Virus record (IMG/VR): IMGVR_UViG_3300043811_000020
Reading direction: 5' to 3' (one strand)
DNA: 64,000 nt
Origin: an uncultured virus (IMG/VR IMGVR_UViG_3300043811_000020)
Lineage: Duplodnaviria > Heunggongvirae > Uroviricota > Caudoviricetes
Part shown: positions 1-9,684 of the stretch, piece by piece
Position numbering within the stretch: position 1 is the first letter of the stretch
Layout: each line of letters opens with the position of its first letter
Program-made: the position numbers and the translations under genes
The notes under the pieces: generated by a model
What the model saw: the letters and a program-made list of their open reading frames with translations, nothing else
What the model was told of the DNA's origin: nothing
Database searches by the model: none

Positions 1-181
1 AAAACGGTTTTAGTTTGATCCGGAACCGGTTTAGTTTCTGCCGAAGGAGAGATCGCCGAGTTTTTTACCGCGGCGGTAACCGCCGACGCCCCGCGGTCAC
101 CCACCACCGCTGGCGGGGCCGCTGGGGCGCGACAAGCGGGACACGCTGTCATCGGGTCCCACCAGTTGTGTTTCGCGCAGA

Positions 182-418
182 TCATCGTTTGGCCTTTACG
201 AACTTTTGGGGCTTACAGCGTCGGTCGTGGGTACGTTTCTTGTTACGTCGCACCCGCACCCAGAGCTTCACTTCACCGGTGCGTCGGTTCACCTTTACAC
301 GTGTCTGATGCGTGTGAACAAGACCGCAGTCACAACAGGAGAGGTGCATGAGCCGGTACCATGGCAACCACTGTGACCAGCCGTACGTCGTTTCCGTAAC
401 ATATTTTCGGTATCTCAT
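182..418 (-). CDS. Small basic Cys/His protein (CCDCGLVH motif), putative Zn-binding
   Basis: ATG at 418 overlaps the PolA stop (ATGA); same CCDCGLVH motif as 54164..54400. Confidence 0.7.
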   Translation of the reverse strand: MRYRKYVTETTYGWSQWLPWYRLMHLSCCDCGLVHTHQTRVKVNRRTGEVKLWVRVRRNKKRTHDRRCKPQKFVKAKR

Positions 419-2397
419 TTGGCGTCCCCGTAGCTCTGCCCGAACCCGACTTCGCAGTCCAGCGGAATGGTCGGTGCCCACGACGGGCGCCGTACAAGCT
501 CCTGCTTCACAAGGGTGATAAAGTCCTGCACCGCGGCGTCAGGCACGATCCATGCGAGTTCGTCGTGTGACTGGAGCGCAAAGTCGATGTGCGTCCGGTC
601 GCCGATCCTGAGAGCCGCGTTCATGATCACGATGCGCGCCAGGAACTGCACGATGTTCTCTAGGAACTTTGAGCCGTAAATCTTGTGTTTCCGTCGGCCG
701 TAGTCGAACCAGTATTCACCTTCCTCCTGCCGGGGATTACCGTACTTCATGGTGAGACCACCAGGGCCTTCCACGCTGCCGGGTCCGATCAGCACCGGGC
801 CAAAGCGTACAGGTAACGTCTGCCCCATCCATACGGTGCGCAGGTGGCTGTCCAGCGTGCGCCACGCTTGCACGATTGGCTGGTGCGACGCTCGGTACAC
901 ATTCACAGAGTGCGCCGCAAGGTCCTGTGTCCACACGGTGAGCAGCTTCTTCACGTCCATTCCAAGGACACGAGCAGAGCGTACCACCATGTTGTAGAAC
1001 TTCTCGTCACCACAACCGAAACCCAACCCAAGCTCGCCAGACTTTCCGATAAAGCGCGGAGTGCCGGCATCAGTCTTCTTATCGACCGGCTTCCCAAATA
1101 TCTTTGAAGCAAGCACGCTGTACGCATCCTGCCCATTCGCGAACAGATTGAGAAGATCGTACTGGCCACAGATATACGCATTGATGCGACACTCGATTTG
1201 AGACAGATCGCCCACCACAACTTTGTGCCCAGGCGACGCGATCAGCGCCTTACGAAGCTTCGAATGGTTGGTCCCACGCCCGGCAGGGAGGTTCTGCATG
1301 TTGAGCAGCCAGTCGCCCGAGAGCCGGTGCGTGTGCGCGCCAGAGTACCGGAGCGGGATCGGCATCGAATGCTGCGACCAGAACGCGTTACCGTCGCGGT
1401 AATGGTTCTCCCACGGAAGCTCCGCGATTGAGAGCATCCGCGCCCCGCGCTTCTCTTCGATGGTCGAGCGCTCGCCCAAGCGCGCACTTGCGAGTGCCTG
1501 GATAACCGGGTCTTCGTGCTCCAGCAAGTCCGACATGAACTCGTCGGTCTTCGCGAACGCCGGTATCTGGCGGCTAGGGTCGCTGGTCGATGGCTTGTAC
1601 TGGATGTCCACGCCGTGCTGGATCAAAAGTTCTTCGAACTTGGCAGGGCTGCGAACTTTCTTCGCAAAGGCATCCAGGGCCGCGGTGAGTTGTGTGTCGT
1701 CTTGCAGGTCTAGCGCTCCCGTGCCGTTATCGGGAGGCATGCCAGCTGCAAGCCGTAGCGCCTTGATCTTTTCCACCTTCAGGTCGGCGAGGTGATCGCG
1801 GAGCATGTTCACGTCCACCATGAACTGGGGACACACCGCCATCCGTATCACCTTGTCCATGACGCGGCGCTCGCCCGTCGGGAACTCTTTCCACAGGTGT
1901 GCAAGGATGCCAGCGCTCAGTTCGTTGTCGTTGTTGGCGTAGGCTTGATACGCGCGCCATAGCCCAGGGTTCGCAATGAGAGCGGCTCTCCGGAGCCCCT
2001 TAGCATCTTGTATTGTCGTCCCCTTGACACCCAGTCCAAGGCTTTTTCCGACGATGGCCAAGGAAGCACCTGACAGCACGTGGCCTCGGAGGGCCACAGC
2101 CATCCGCATCGTGCACAGCATGCGGGCCGGAACAAATCCGTAATGCCACGCAAGGATACAATTATCAAACAGGGCATTAAACGCGACAGTCGTGGTTGTC
2201 TTGGGGTCGAACTGGGCGATATAGGCAGCAAAGTCTGGCCCATCGACAAAGTGAGATGCTTCGCCGTCAACCTTGCAGGCGCACCCGATAAGCTCCCATC
2301 GGGGGTCAAGGATGTAGTTCGGCGGCGCCATTTTTTTGAGACTGTACTCATTGTCGTAGTAGGTCTCAAAGTCCAGGAACAGAAGACGGTGCGGCAT
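415..2397 (-). CDS. polA: DNA polymerase family A with 3'-5' exonuclease domain
   Basis: ExoI LDFETY, ExoII FNALFD, motif A GDLSQIECR, motif B RFIGKSGELGLGFG, motif C SHDEL; start placed at MPHRLLFLD. Confidence 0.95.
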   Translation of the reverse strand: MPHRLLFLDFETYYDNEYSLKKMAPPNYILDPRWELIGCACKVDGEASHFVDGPDFAAYIAQFDPKTTTTVAFNALFDNCILAWHYGFVPARMLCTMRMAVALRGHVLSGASLAIVGKSLGLGVKGTTIQDAKGLRRAALIANPGLWRAYQAYANNDNELSAGILAHLWKEFPTGERRVMDKVIRMAVCPQFMVDVNMLRDHLADLKVEKIKALRLAAGMPPDNGTGALDLQDDTQLTAALDAFAKKVRSPAKFEELLIQHGVDIQYKPSTSDPSRQIPAFAKTDEFMSDLLEHEDPVIQALASARLGERSTIEEKRGARMLSIAELPWENHYRDGNAFWSQHSMPIPLRYSGAHTHRLSGDWLLNMQNLPAGRGTNHSKLRKALIASPGHKVVVGDLSQIECRINAYICGQYDLLNLFANGQDAYSVLASKIFGKPVDKKTDAGTPRFIGKSGELGLGFGCGDEKFYNMVVRSARVLGMDVKKLLTVWTQDLAAHSVNVYRASHQPIVQAWRTLDSHLRTVWMGQTLPVRFGPVLIGPGSVEGPGGLTMKYGNPRQEEGEYWFDYGRRKHKIYGSKFLENIVQFLARIVIMNAALRIGDRTHIDFALQSHDELAWIVPDAAVQDFITLVKQELVRRPSWAPTIPLDCEVGFGQSYGDAK

Positions 2398-2578
2398 GGC
2401 GGCGTTTACCCCAAAAATGTAGTAGACACACGGACCGCCACCCGTTGTACCAACGAACGTAGGCGTCCCAGTGTTCATCCGAAAGGCTGATCAGCTTCAG
2501 CTTCCGGTGCCGCTCGTCATAGCCGTGCAGCACGCCTATGGCAAGCATTTCTTCGGGCGTTAAAGCGTCGTCTTTCAT
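2366..2578 (-). CDS. Hypothetical protein
   Basis: 70-aa ORF coupled (ATGA) to the upstream gene in the leftward operon. Confidence 0.55.
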   Translation of the reverse strand: MKDDALTPEEMLAIGVLHGYDERHRKLKLISLSDEHWDAYVRWYNGWRSVCLLHFWGKRRHAAPSSVPGL

Positions 2579-3321
2579 TTGAGCATGAACCGCTGCGAGT
2601 ACGCCAAGTACACAGAGGTGGCGTCCTCTACTTTAGTGCCGTCGGCAACGTCCACACCCCACGTGGTAAGACCCTTGGCCTGCGCGGACATATTGAGCGT
2701 AATGATGCCCGACGCCAGGATGCCAGCGCACTCACGCATCATGGGGATCACCTTGTCCATGGGCGCGCTCGGCTCCTTGTACCGGATACCGTCTGCATGA
2801 TTGATCGGGTGCTCTGCCGGCAGGAGAGCGCACATGGCGGGGAAGTAGAACCGTGCTGCACCGGGCGTGGCGTTATCTTCCAGCCACGCGAGCACCGTTC
2901 GCACTTTGTTGAACTGCTTGTGGATATGCTCCACTTCCTTGAGTATGTTACAAATCGTGTTGTGCATCGGGTAGTCGGCGCGTGGCTCGGGCTTCTCTGC
3001 CGGTGGCAGAAAGTGCAGTCGATTATCCCCAAGCGACAAGTTGAAGTAGAACCTGCACACGGGGCCAGCGGGCACAATGATACCCGGGAAGTCGCAGTTT
3101 CCTTGGCCAACGGTTTCCCTGGTCAGGTCGTACGCTTCCAAGAGCGTATCGACCGTGCGCGCCGGCCACAGCCAGTACAGCAAGTCGTGCACCGTGAACT
3201 CGTCGCACGGTGTTACCGTGCGGTAAACCACCGCGGCCTCCATGCGGTTCAACGCTTCATTGGCGCCGCCAAACACAACGGGCGTCGCGCGGATACCTCG
3301 GCTATTTCGTCTTCGTGCCAT
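2575..3321 (-). CDS. Hypothetical protein
   Basis: 248-aa ORF, tightly packed in operon, AAGGA RBS. Confidence 0.75.
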   Translation of the reverse strand: MARRRNSRGIRATPVVFGGANEALNRMEAAVVYRTVTPCDEFTVHDLLYWLWPARTVDTLLEAYDLTRETVGQGNCDFPGIIVPAGPVCRFYFNLSLGDNRLHFLPPAEKPEPRADYPMHNTICNILKEVEHIHKQFNKVRTVLAWLEDNATPGAARFYFPAMCALLPAEHPINHADGIRYKEPSAPMDKVIPMMRECAGILASGIITLNMSAQAKGLTTWGVDVADGTKVEDATSVYLAYSQRFMLK

Positions 3322-3694
3322 TCGCGGGGGTTCCTTTCTTTCCGAATATCTCCACTAGAGCTTTGATTGCGTCGCCAAACGACGGATGCCCGGGCGGCGG
3401 TATGGAGGCGGGCTTGATAGTGCGTGGGGACTGCACCGAATTTTGGTACGTGTTGATGGGCGGGGAGGCGGCGCCCGGTTGTAACGTGCCAGCACCAGCT
3501 TGCTGTGCGTTCTGGTTCGCGGCTTCCGGCTCGGGCTCAGCATCTTTGGCAGCGCGTGCGACATTCTGGTATATGGTCTTAGCGTCGAGCGTGGCCATCC
3601 AGGCATCCTCGCGCTCGAAGCCCGGGCGGAACACATGCGCCCGGGCCACGATGTATCGCTCAGCGAATGAGCGGAAGCGATCATAATCAGGCAT
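3302..3694 (-). CDS. Hypothetical protein
   Basis: 130-aa ORF preceded by GGAG RBS. Confidence 0.7.
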   Translation of the reverse strand: MPDYDRFRSFAERYIVARAHVFRPGFEREDAWMATLDAKTIYQNVARAAKDAEPEPEAANQNAQQAGAGTLQPGAASPPINTYQNSVQSPRTIKPASIPPPGHPSFGDAIKALVEIFGKKGTPANGTKTK

Positions 3695-3703
3695 CGGTGT
3701 CTC

Positions 3704-3841
3704 CTAATCCATCGCCCAAACGATCAGCAGGAACACCCCGACACCAGTCAGTGTCCAACCACCGGCGCCGCCGATCCACAAGCCCAGGGCAAGCAACCCC
3801 AGGCCACAGATAAGGGCTTTCGGATCAAATCTGTACCTCAT
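3704..3841 (-). CDS. Small membrane protein (45 aa, two hydrophobic segments)
   Basis: Translated by hand: MRYRFDPKALICGLGLLALGLWIGGAGGWTLTGVGVFLLIVWAMD; fills the gap with an ATGA overlap; below the ORF-track cutoff. Confidence 0.65.
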   Translation of the reverse strand: MRYRFDPKALICGLGLLALGLWIGGAGGWTLTGVGVFLLIVWAMD

Positions 3842-5256
3842 GGTGTACGTCCTTTCTTGTTGACGCGGACAACCTGCCCGTACGGGTATTTGTGGTCCGT
3901 GCTGCTCGCCCAGATTACGGGGAACCGCGGCTCCTTGAGGAAGTTCACGTACCCGTCAGTGAACCCGATGAACAAGTCCGGATCGCCATGGTTGTTCTTG
4001 GCGATCCACTCGAACACGGGCTCCATACTCGTTCCGCCACCGCCCGCCGTGCCGCGGTGCCGGATACGCTCCAGGTCCATCGGGTCGTCGATCTCGTCCA
4101 CGTAGTCGATAGCCGCGTCGCACCAGATCACGGTGAGCCTTGCCGGGTTCACATCGGCCATGATGCCAGCAAGCTCTGCCATATTAGAAGCAATTTCATC
4201 GTCACCGCGAGAGCCACTGGTATCACCCCAAACAACGATCCAGCCAGCACCAGTTCCAGTAGGGCTCGGCTGATAGATGTCCAGCACGCCATACCACGGG
4301 TCTGGTGTCGTCCAGTCATAGCCGCCGTCTCCTGTCACTCGGTTGATCAAGGTCTGGATGTGGTCGACCCACGGCACCTCGGGCTCTAGGATTTCCGCGA
4401 ACATCCTCTTGAGCGCGCCGGCCATCTTGCCCTGCGCCTTGGCGCTCTCGATCACCTGCGCCGCGGCAATCTCCACTGCCCACTGTTGCGGATTACGTGA
4501 ACTCGCAGCCTGCGCAGGGTTCTGACCCGTCGTGTTCCCCGGAGCCAGAAGTTGATCGAACCCGCCCGGGTTGTTACCGCCCGGTAAATCGCCGGGGCCA
4601 CCGCCGTCGCCGTCCTGTTCCTTCTTTTTCTTGTAGTAGGTCTGGTACACGTCCAGGACACTATCGTTGGCTTTCACCTTGTCATCGTAGTGCCCGCAGT
4701 CCTTGCCGTCGCACTTGCGCGGTGCTTTACCTATGCGGCTCTCGATCAAGAGCGCGTTGATCCGCGCATCCATGGCCTTCTGCATCGTCTCGTTGTCGAA
4801 CGGCAGAGAAGACCCGTCGTGCAGCGGCACCTTGCCGGCCTGCACGCACCGGTGAAGCAACTCCACGTCGCCGTAGACGTTGTGCACGATCTCGTGCGCC
4901 GCCACGAACACACGCTCGGGCAAGCTCCACTTGAAGAACGTGTCCGGGTTGAGGATCATGTTACCGCCGTCGGTCGCAGCATAGGGCACGCTGCGCGACA
5001 TGACGGCAGTGTACTTGCTCTTACCCTCGTTGTGCGTCTTCGACAGCATCTTGTAGAAGATGTGCCGGAAGCCCGGGGCAGTCCATGCCATCATTGACAT
5101 GGTATCGTTCCACTTCGCCTCGTCTTGCGGCGAGAGCGTCAAGGGTTGGACAAGCCCCGGCTGCTGTGGCGAAGCGGTATCTGGGGTTGGTTGCGGGCCA
5201 ACCGTAGGTGCGCTCGCACCAGTCGAAGACTTCGGTATAAGTGTCGTGGATGTCAT
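3838..5256 (-). CDS. Metallopeptidase-like (HExxH) + vWA domain protein (DUF2201-like)
   Basis: AATDG..HEIVH motif; MIDAS DTSGS, GGGGT, FTDGY; AAGGA RBS before 5256. Confidence 0.9.
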   Translation of the reverse strand: MTSTTLIPKSSTGASAPTVGPQPTPDTASPQQPGLVQPLTLSPQDEAKWNDTMSMMAWTAPGFRHIFYKMLSKTHNEGKSKYTAVMSRSVPYAATDGGNMILNPDTFFKWSLPERVFVAAHEIVHNVYGDVELLHRCVQAGKVPLHDGSSLPFDNETMQKAMDARINALLIESRIGKAPRKCDGKDCGHYDDKVKANDSVLDVYQTYYKKKKEQDGDGGGPGDLPGGNNPGGFDQLLAPGNTTGQNPAQAASSRNPQQWAVEIAAAQVIESAKAQGKMAGALKRMFAEILEPEVPWVDHIQTLINRVTGDGGYDWTTPDPWYGVLDIYQPSPTGTGAGWIVVWGDTSGSRGDDEIASNMAELAGIMADVNPARLTVIWCDAAIDYVDEIDDPMDLERIRHRGTAGGGGTSMEPVFEWIAKNNHGDPDLFIGFTDGYVNFLKEPRFPVIWASSTDHKYPYGQVVRVNKKGRTP

Positions 5257-5461
5257 CTGCGATTTTCCTTTCCCAGTCTGATAACGATATGGAGACCTGA
5301 ATATCAACGAGACACATGTGGTGGTGGCGTTTCAGGTACGCCGTGTACCGGTTAAAGGCGGCGATCCGGTGGCGGTTCCAACACTCGCGCCACGTCGCGC
5401 ATCGCCGCCGCGTCGCACCGTCGGCCGAAAGGACGCAACCCATGCCTTGTACCTTTCCCAG

Positions 5462-5740
5462 TCAGCGTCCGGCATACCGGGCAACGCCCACATCACCCAC
5501 AGCCGGTGCCGATTGCGATATTCTTCGACTATTCGTAGGTGCGGTGGGGCGTAGGAAGTCCGCTTCCCACTCTTGGAACGCGCGCCACTCATCGAAGCTC
5601 CAATTGATACGCAGCACGTTATGAACGCGTTCATGCCGGCGCAGGTAACGGTTGATCAACTGCTGACGCTTCTTCGTCAGCACGATGCCGTGTTTCACCT
5701 TGACGCCGCTAGGCCGCTCACGTGCCGTTGTTCTTGTCAT
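5462..5740 (-). CDS. Hypothetical protein
   Basis: 92-aa ORF filling the operon gap; alternative frames overlap. Confidence 0.45.
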   Translation of the reverse strand: MTRTTARERPSGVKVKHGIVLTKKRQQLINRYLRRHERVHNVLRINWSFDEWRAFQEWEADFLRPTAPTNSRRISQSAPAVGDVGVARYAGR

Positions 5741-6245
5741 GCTGCATGTCCCGCAGCGCGCTCAGCATTTCCTCGCTGACAGGAGCCTCGCCTCCCACCG
5801 TGTCACCATGGTCTTCGATGGCTTTGCCGAGCTTGTCCTCCATGAGGTCGATTTCATCATGGCCGGTGAAGAAGTCGTCACTGAAAGCCACGACCTGCGG
5901 CTTGATCCCATCCGCCAAGAGCGCGATGGTTGCGTAAATATGTACCGCGGCGCGTCGCACCGCCTCTGTGATGGCCTCGTTCTTCTCCTGGTCGGCGAAG
6001 TCGGCACGGGCCTCAATGGTCCACTGTCGTTGCATCTGTATCCCTTTCACTTGGTTGTCGCGGTCTGTGTACCGCGGATCGTTCATACGCCACAGGACCA
6101 TCCGGTCAAGGATGTCTGGGTTACCGAGTATCTCTGGGCACTGCGACGTAGCATGTGCCCAGGCTTTGATTTGGTTGCGCCCCACGGTTTTGTATCCTGC
6201 TGTTAGCGCGTAAGGCGCAATTTCGTCACTGCGAAAGCGACGCAA
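5718..6245 (-). CDS. Hypothetical protein
   Basis: 175-aa ORF overlapping the ATPase stop; acidic C-terminus. Confidence 0.75.
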   Translation of the reverse strand: MRRFRSDEIAPYALTAGYKTVGRNQIKAWAHATSQCPEILGNPDILDRMVLWRMNDPRYTDRDNQVKGIQMQRQWTIEARADFADQEKNEAITEAVRRAAVHIYATIALLADGIKPQVVAFSDDFFTGHDEIDLMEDKLGKAIEDHGDTVGGEAPVSEEMLSALRDMQHDKNNGT

Positions 6246-7377
6246 TGATGCTCACCATCGCAGCGTTCTTGCTGATCCACGCCTGCATCGCCGGCTCGTT
6301 GATAATCTTCTTGTAGTCCCGGCGCAACAGGCTGGAGATGAACGTGACGCTCATGTCCTTCGGCAGCCTGCCGACGTACTGGATCACTTCGGCAAGGTGC
6401 TCAACGCGGCACCGGCCCGCAAGCTCATACGCCATGAGCATCTGCAAGTCGGCCTTGGTGGGCACCGGCGTACCTTTCGGGTCCTTCACCACGTCCTCGT
6501 AGTGCGGAAGCTCCAGCATGAACTTCAACTCCGAGGTGTAGCTCATCATGGCCGGCGTGCCGATATGCCCGGCAAGGCTCTCCATGAACGCGCTGTCGTT
6601 GGCCGGTGCTTGGCCGCCGTTGTCGTCAGTGGCCACCTGCACGTACCGGTCTGCGTTGGTGATGGTGCGCGGGTTGCACCACGGTCCCTGCTTCTCGGGC
6701 TTGCTCTCGAAGAGGATTTCCGGATGGTTGCGCGCCCAAGCCTTCGTGAACGGGGTCACGAACCACTGCTTCCCCTGCCACGAATACGGCTTGTCCGCAA
6801 AGTCCTCGATCCACACGTCCACGTCACCCGTGATCTCGATCTCACCACGCCGCCCGATGATGAAATCGAACTCCTTGGTGACGCCGTCACGGGCGTCCAC
6901 GTTCGTGAGAGCGATGCGAGGCGAGCCAGCCGGCAGATAGAACGGAGGCGTGCCGCCAGCCCGCAGGACCTCTGCACCGGCCCGCTTGGTCTCTGCTGAA
7001 CCTTGGCCCCACTCTTCGATGACCAAGACCACGCTGTCGAAGCAGCACGCCGGCAGGCGGTCGCCAGTGTCCAGGCACGTGGCCATGTACCACTGCGGAA
7101 TGGCCGGGTCGGTCACCGTGAACTGGTGGTCGACGCCAGCTTGGTCCTTCCACGTGGCGCTGCCCTTCCACGGCAGGCCAGTGAACCCGATTGGGCTCTG
7201 GGTCGCCATGAAAAAGCACGACAAGCCCACGCGCTTGCCGGGGTTCTGCTGCCGCCACCATGCGGCGAGCTTGGCCATCAGGTCCGTCTTGCCGAAGCCC
7301 GGCGGACCCTTGAGGATCGTGGCGTTCCCCGCCAGAATGTTGTAGCGGAGTTGCTTGAACGCGTCTCGAAGGTTCAT
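6226..7377 (-). CDS. AAA+ ATPase (MoxR-like)
   Basis: Walker A GPPGFGKT, Walker B LVIEE, sensor-like CNPRT; AAGGAG RBS; near the vWA gene. Confidence 0.9.
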   Translation of the reverse strand: MNLRDAFKQLRYNILAGNATILKGPPGFGKTDLMAKLAAWWRQQNPGKRVGLSCFFMATQSPIGFTGLPWKGSATWKDQAGVDHQFTVTDPAIPQWYMATCLDTGDRLPACCFDSVVLVIEEWGQGSAETKRAGAEVLRAGGTPPFYLPAGSPRIALTNVDARDGVTKEFDFIIGRRGEIEITGDVDVWIEDFADKPYSWQGKQWFVTPFTKAWARNHPEILFESKPEKQGPWCNPRTITNADRYVQVATDDNGGQAPANDSAFMESLAGHIGTPAMMSYTSELKFMLELPHYEDVVKDPKGTPVPTKADLQMLMAYELAGRCRVEHLAEVIQYVGRLPKDMSVTFISSLLRRDYKKIINEPAMQAWISKNAAMVSIIASLSQ

Positions 7378-7548
7378 GTAGTCGCTCCTTTCGTTGTGCA
7401 GTTTCACGCCAATCGGTGGTGGCATCGTTCTCACCGGGCTCGTAGGTTACATGATCGCCCATGCAACCAAACCCACGATGCCACCGCCGATGGGCGCGGC
7501 GTTACCGCGCGGTAACGCCATCGCCGCGTCGCACGCTCTTAGGTGGGA

Positions 7549-8019
7549 TTAAGTCCCCCTGATATTGCCCTTGCCCTTCTTCTCGATCCACGCGTGCTTC
7601 GGGTAAACCTGCTTGATGTACGCACGGACGAGCTTGCGCACATAAGGCGAAGATTGGAACACGGCGCAAACACGCTTAAGCTCGGTTCGCGACGCAGCTA
7701 GCGCCTGAAAATGATGCTCGATGGCTCTGGCCTGCTCGGAGGTATACCCGGTACGTAAGAGCTTAGTATCCCACATCTGCTTGATCACGCGTTCGATACG
7801 CGTCATTTCGTTGAGAACCGGGCAATCGGCAAGGCTGATCATGTTCAGCAGCCGTACCTTTACCTCGTTCTTGGGCTTGTGGGACCTAATATAAGCCGCG
7901 CGCTCCATCACATCCTCGCCGTACTCGAACAATACTGTGTGATGCAGCATGGCGAAGTAGCCTTCCTTAGGACCGACATAGTTCGGCCGGCCGGGAAACA
8001 ACTTGTTGGGTTTCTGCAT
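7549..8019 (-). CDS. Hypothetical protein
   Basis: ORF with GAAAGGA RBS before ATG 8019. Confidence 0.7.
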   Translation of the reverse strand: MQKPNKLFPGRPNYVGPKEGYFAMLHHTVLFEYGEDVMERAAYIRSHKPKNEVKVRLLNMISLADCPVLNEMTRIERVIKQMWDTKLLRTGYTSEQARAIEHHFQALAASRTELKRVCAVFQSSPYVRKLVRAYIKQVYPKHAWIEKKGKGNIRGT

Positions 8020-8065
8020 AGTAGTCCTTTCTTTGGTTGATCTGTAATCCCTTTCAAAACGTGGT

Positions 8066-8106
8066 TGGGCTCCCCGGGCGAAAGGAATAAACTCCCGGGG
8101 AGCCCA
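8066..8106. terminator. 13-bp perfect stem-loop (terminator or regulatory hairpin)
   Basis: TGGGCTCCCCGGG / CCCGGGGAGCCCA with a 15-nt loop, intergenic. Confidence 0.55.
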
Positions 8107-8137
8107 GCAGCTGCCGCTTGGCCCTTTCATGGGGCTA

Positions 8138-9118
8138 CTAGGCAGCCGCAGTCGTACTCGCCTGCGTGCTCATGGTAGTCTGCGCACCGCCGGGAGCGCG
8201 AGCCTTGGCGATGGCGGCGAGGCGTTTGGTGCACAGCTGCGCGATCTGCTTGACCTCGGCAGAGGCGTCGAGATCGGGGCAGTTTGACACCTTGCCGCTG
8301 GCGAGGTTGTTGGCCAGCTTCCTGATGGCTTCGAGCACTTCCTCGCCAGTCCGTGCCTCAGGGTCCTTCTTGAAGCAGAACGTGCGAAGCTCGCTGTCAT
8401 CCATCAGCGTGTCGCGCTTGAGTTGCTGTGTGGCGAAGCGCATCAGCGTGTTGTGCGCATCGTCCAGCTTCTTGGCGTGAGCCGGGTCCTTGCGCAGCGC
8501 CTGCCTGATGCTCATGAGCTTGCCCACAGTCTGCATGGGCTCGCCCTGACCCCACTTCGGCGTAGTGCCGAGCTTGATCATCTTGCGCGTGGTGCTGATC
8601 AACTTGCGCTGATTGGCAGCCTTGACGTCGAAGATCAGCGCCTTGTTGGCCGCAGTGGCGTACGCCTCAGAGAGCTTGGTAGCGTCGTCCACGTCGTCGC
8701 CATGACGGTTCCTGTCCAGGTTCAGCGAGCCGAGATACGCCGCCTCGCACACCTTGAGATCGAACTTGATCTGGCCGTCTTTCGCTTCGCCAAAGGTTTT
8801 CCCGAGCGCAGCAACGTCCTCCATGAGGGACTGGAGTGTTGGTGCGTTCGCACCGGGGGCCTGTGAGGCCACCGTACCAGTAACACCGAGAGTGCTCATG
8901 CTTGCTCCTTTCGTTCTGCGCCGTGTCTTGGTCGGAACTGTGGGGGCGGCCGGCGCGGGCGCCACCGTTTCGCCGCGTCGCACCGCCTCGGCCTTCTGGT
9001 CGAGAGTATCCAGAAGACTTTTCACAGTGCCCTGCGTAGTCTCGTCGGTCAGAAGGGCGCGGATGCGCTCGATCTGAGTATCTTCGGTGCTTCGCACCGT
9101 ATTCGCGCTCGTGTTCAT
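8138..9118 (-). CDS. Hypothetical early protein (helical)
   Basis: Long ORF with GC-rich codon usage and GGAG RBS; possible internal start at 8899 (AAGGAG). Confidence 0.8.
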   Translation of the reverse strand: MNTSANTVRSTEDTQIERIRALLTDETTQGTVKSLLDTLDQKAEAVRRGETVAPAPAAPTVPTKTRRRTKGASMSTLGVTGTVASQAPGANAPTLQSLMEDVAALGKTFGEAKDGQIKFDLKVCEAAYLGSLNLDRNRHGDDVDDATKLSEAYATAANKALIFDVKAANQRKLISTTRKMIKLGTTPKWGQGEPMQTVGKLMSIRQALRKDPAHAKKLDDAHNTLMRFATQQLKRDTLMDDSELRTFCFKKDPEARTGEEVLEAIRKLANNLASGKVSNCPDLDASAEVKQIAQLCTKRLAAIAKARAPGGAQTTMSTQASTTAAA

Positions 9119-9372
9119 TGTCGTGCTCCGTGGTTGCTCGGGGTTTAGACGCCCGATTAACGACGGATATAACACTTGGTTGCACGCCCGCTGTTCAATA
9201 TTGCTCACCCCCCGATCACACCTTCGTGATAAGTGTGAAGAACGTGACCAACAACAAAAACACGATTACCGCGGCGGTAACCGCGAGCGTGCGACGGCAC
9301 GACGTATTAGTGTGTGCCAGCAGGCGCGACGGAACATCGTCTCGCATCAGGCTCATGAGCCGCACTAAGCCG

Positions 9373-9684
9373 TCACTCACTATTAGCCTCCTCTTTGCGC
9401 TTCGGGAAACACGCGTCGGCAAAGCGGTGCCGGTCGAACTTGGGGTTGTCAGCTGCGAACTCCCTGGCGAACGCTGCGCTCACGTGCGCCAGCACTGATG
9501 TGGAGACCACGCTATTGGCCGCACCCTTGCGGAACATTGCAGCCGTGTCGCGTATCACCGTCGCTGCGAGTTCGTAGTCGCGCTGCGAGAACTTTGGAAC
9601 TGCGCCACTCAGTCGGCTCATGCTGCTCATTCTCCCTGTGTACACACCGCCGTAAATCATCGAAAACGCAAACGGCTCATTCAC
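9373..9684 (-). CDS. Small conserved-type phage protein (DNPKFDRHRF motif)
   Basis: DNPxFDxxRF is a motif I recognise from small phage early proteins; start uncertain. Confidence 0.65.
   Translation of the reverse strand: MNEPFAFSMIYGGVYTGRMSSMSRLSGAVPKFSQRDYELAATVIRDTAAMFRKGAANSVVSTSVLAHVSAAFAREFAADNPKFDRHRFADACFPKRKEEANSE

Noticed and set aside
5021..5443. Alternative 140-aa ORF overlapping the vWA gene start
   Set aside because: The vWA frame has a good RBS at 5256. The overlapping ORF cannot be supported without homology data, though it is not fully excluded.
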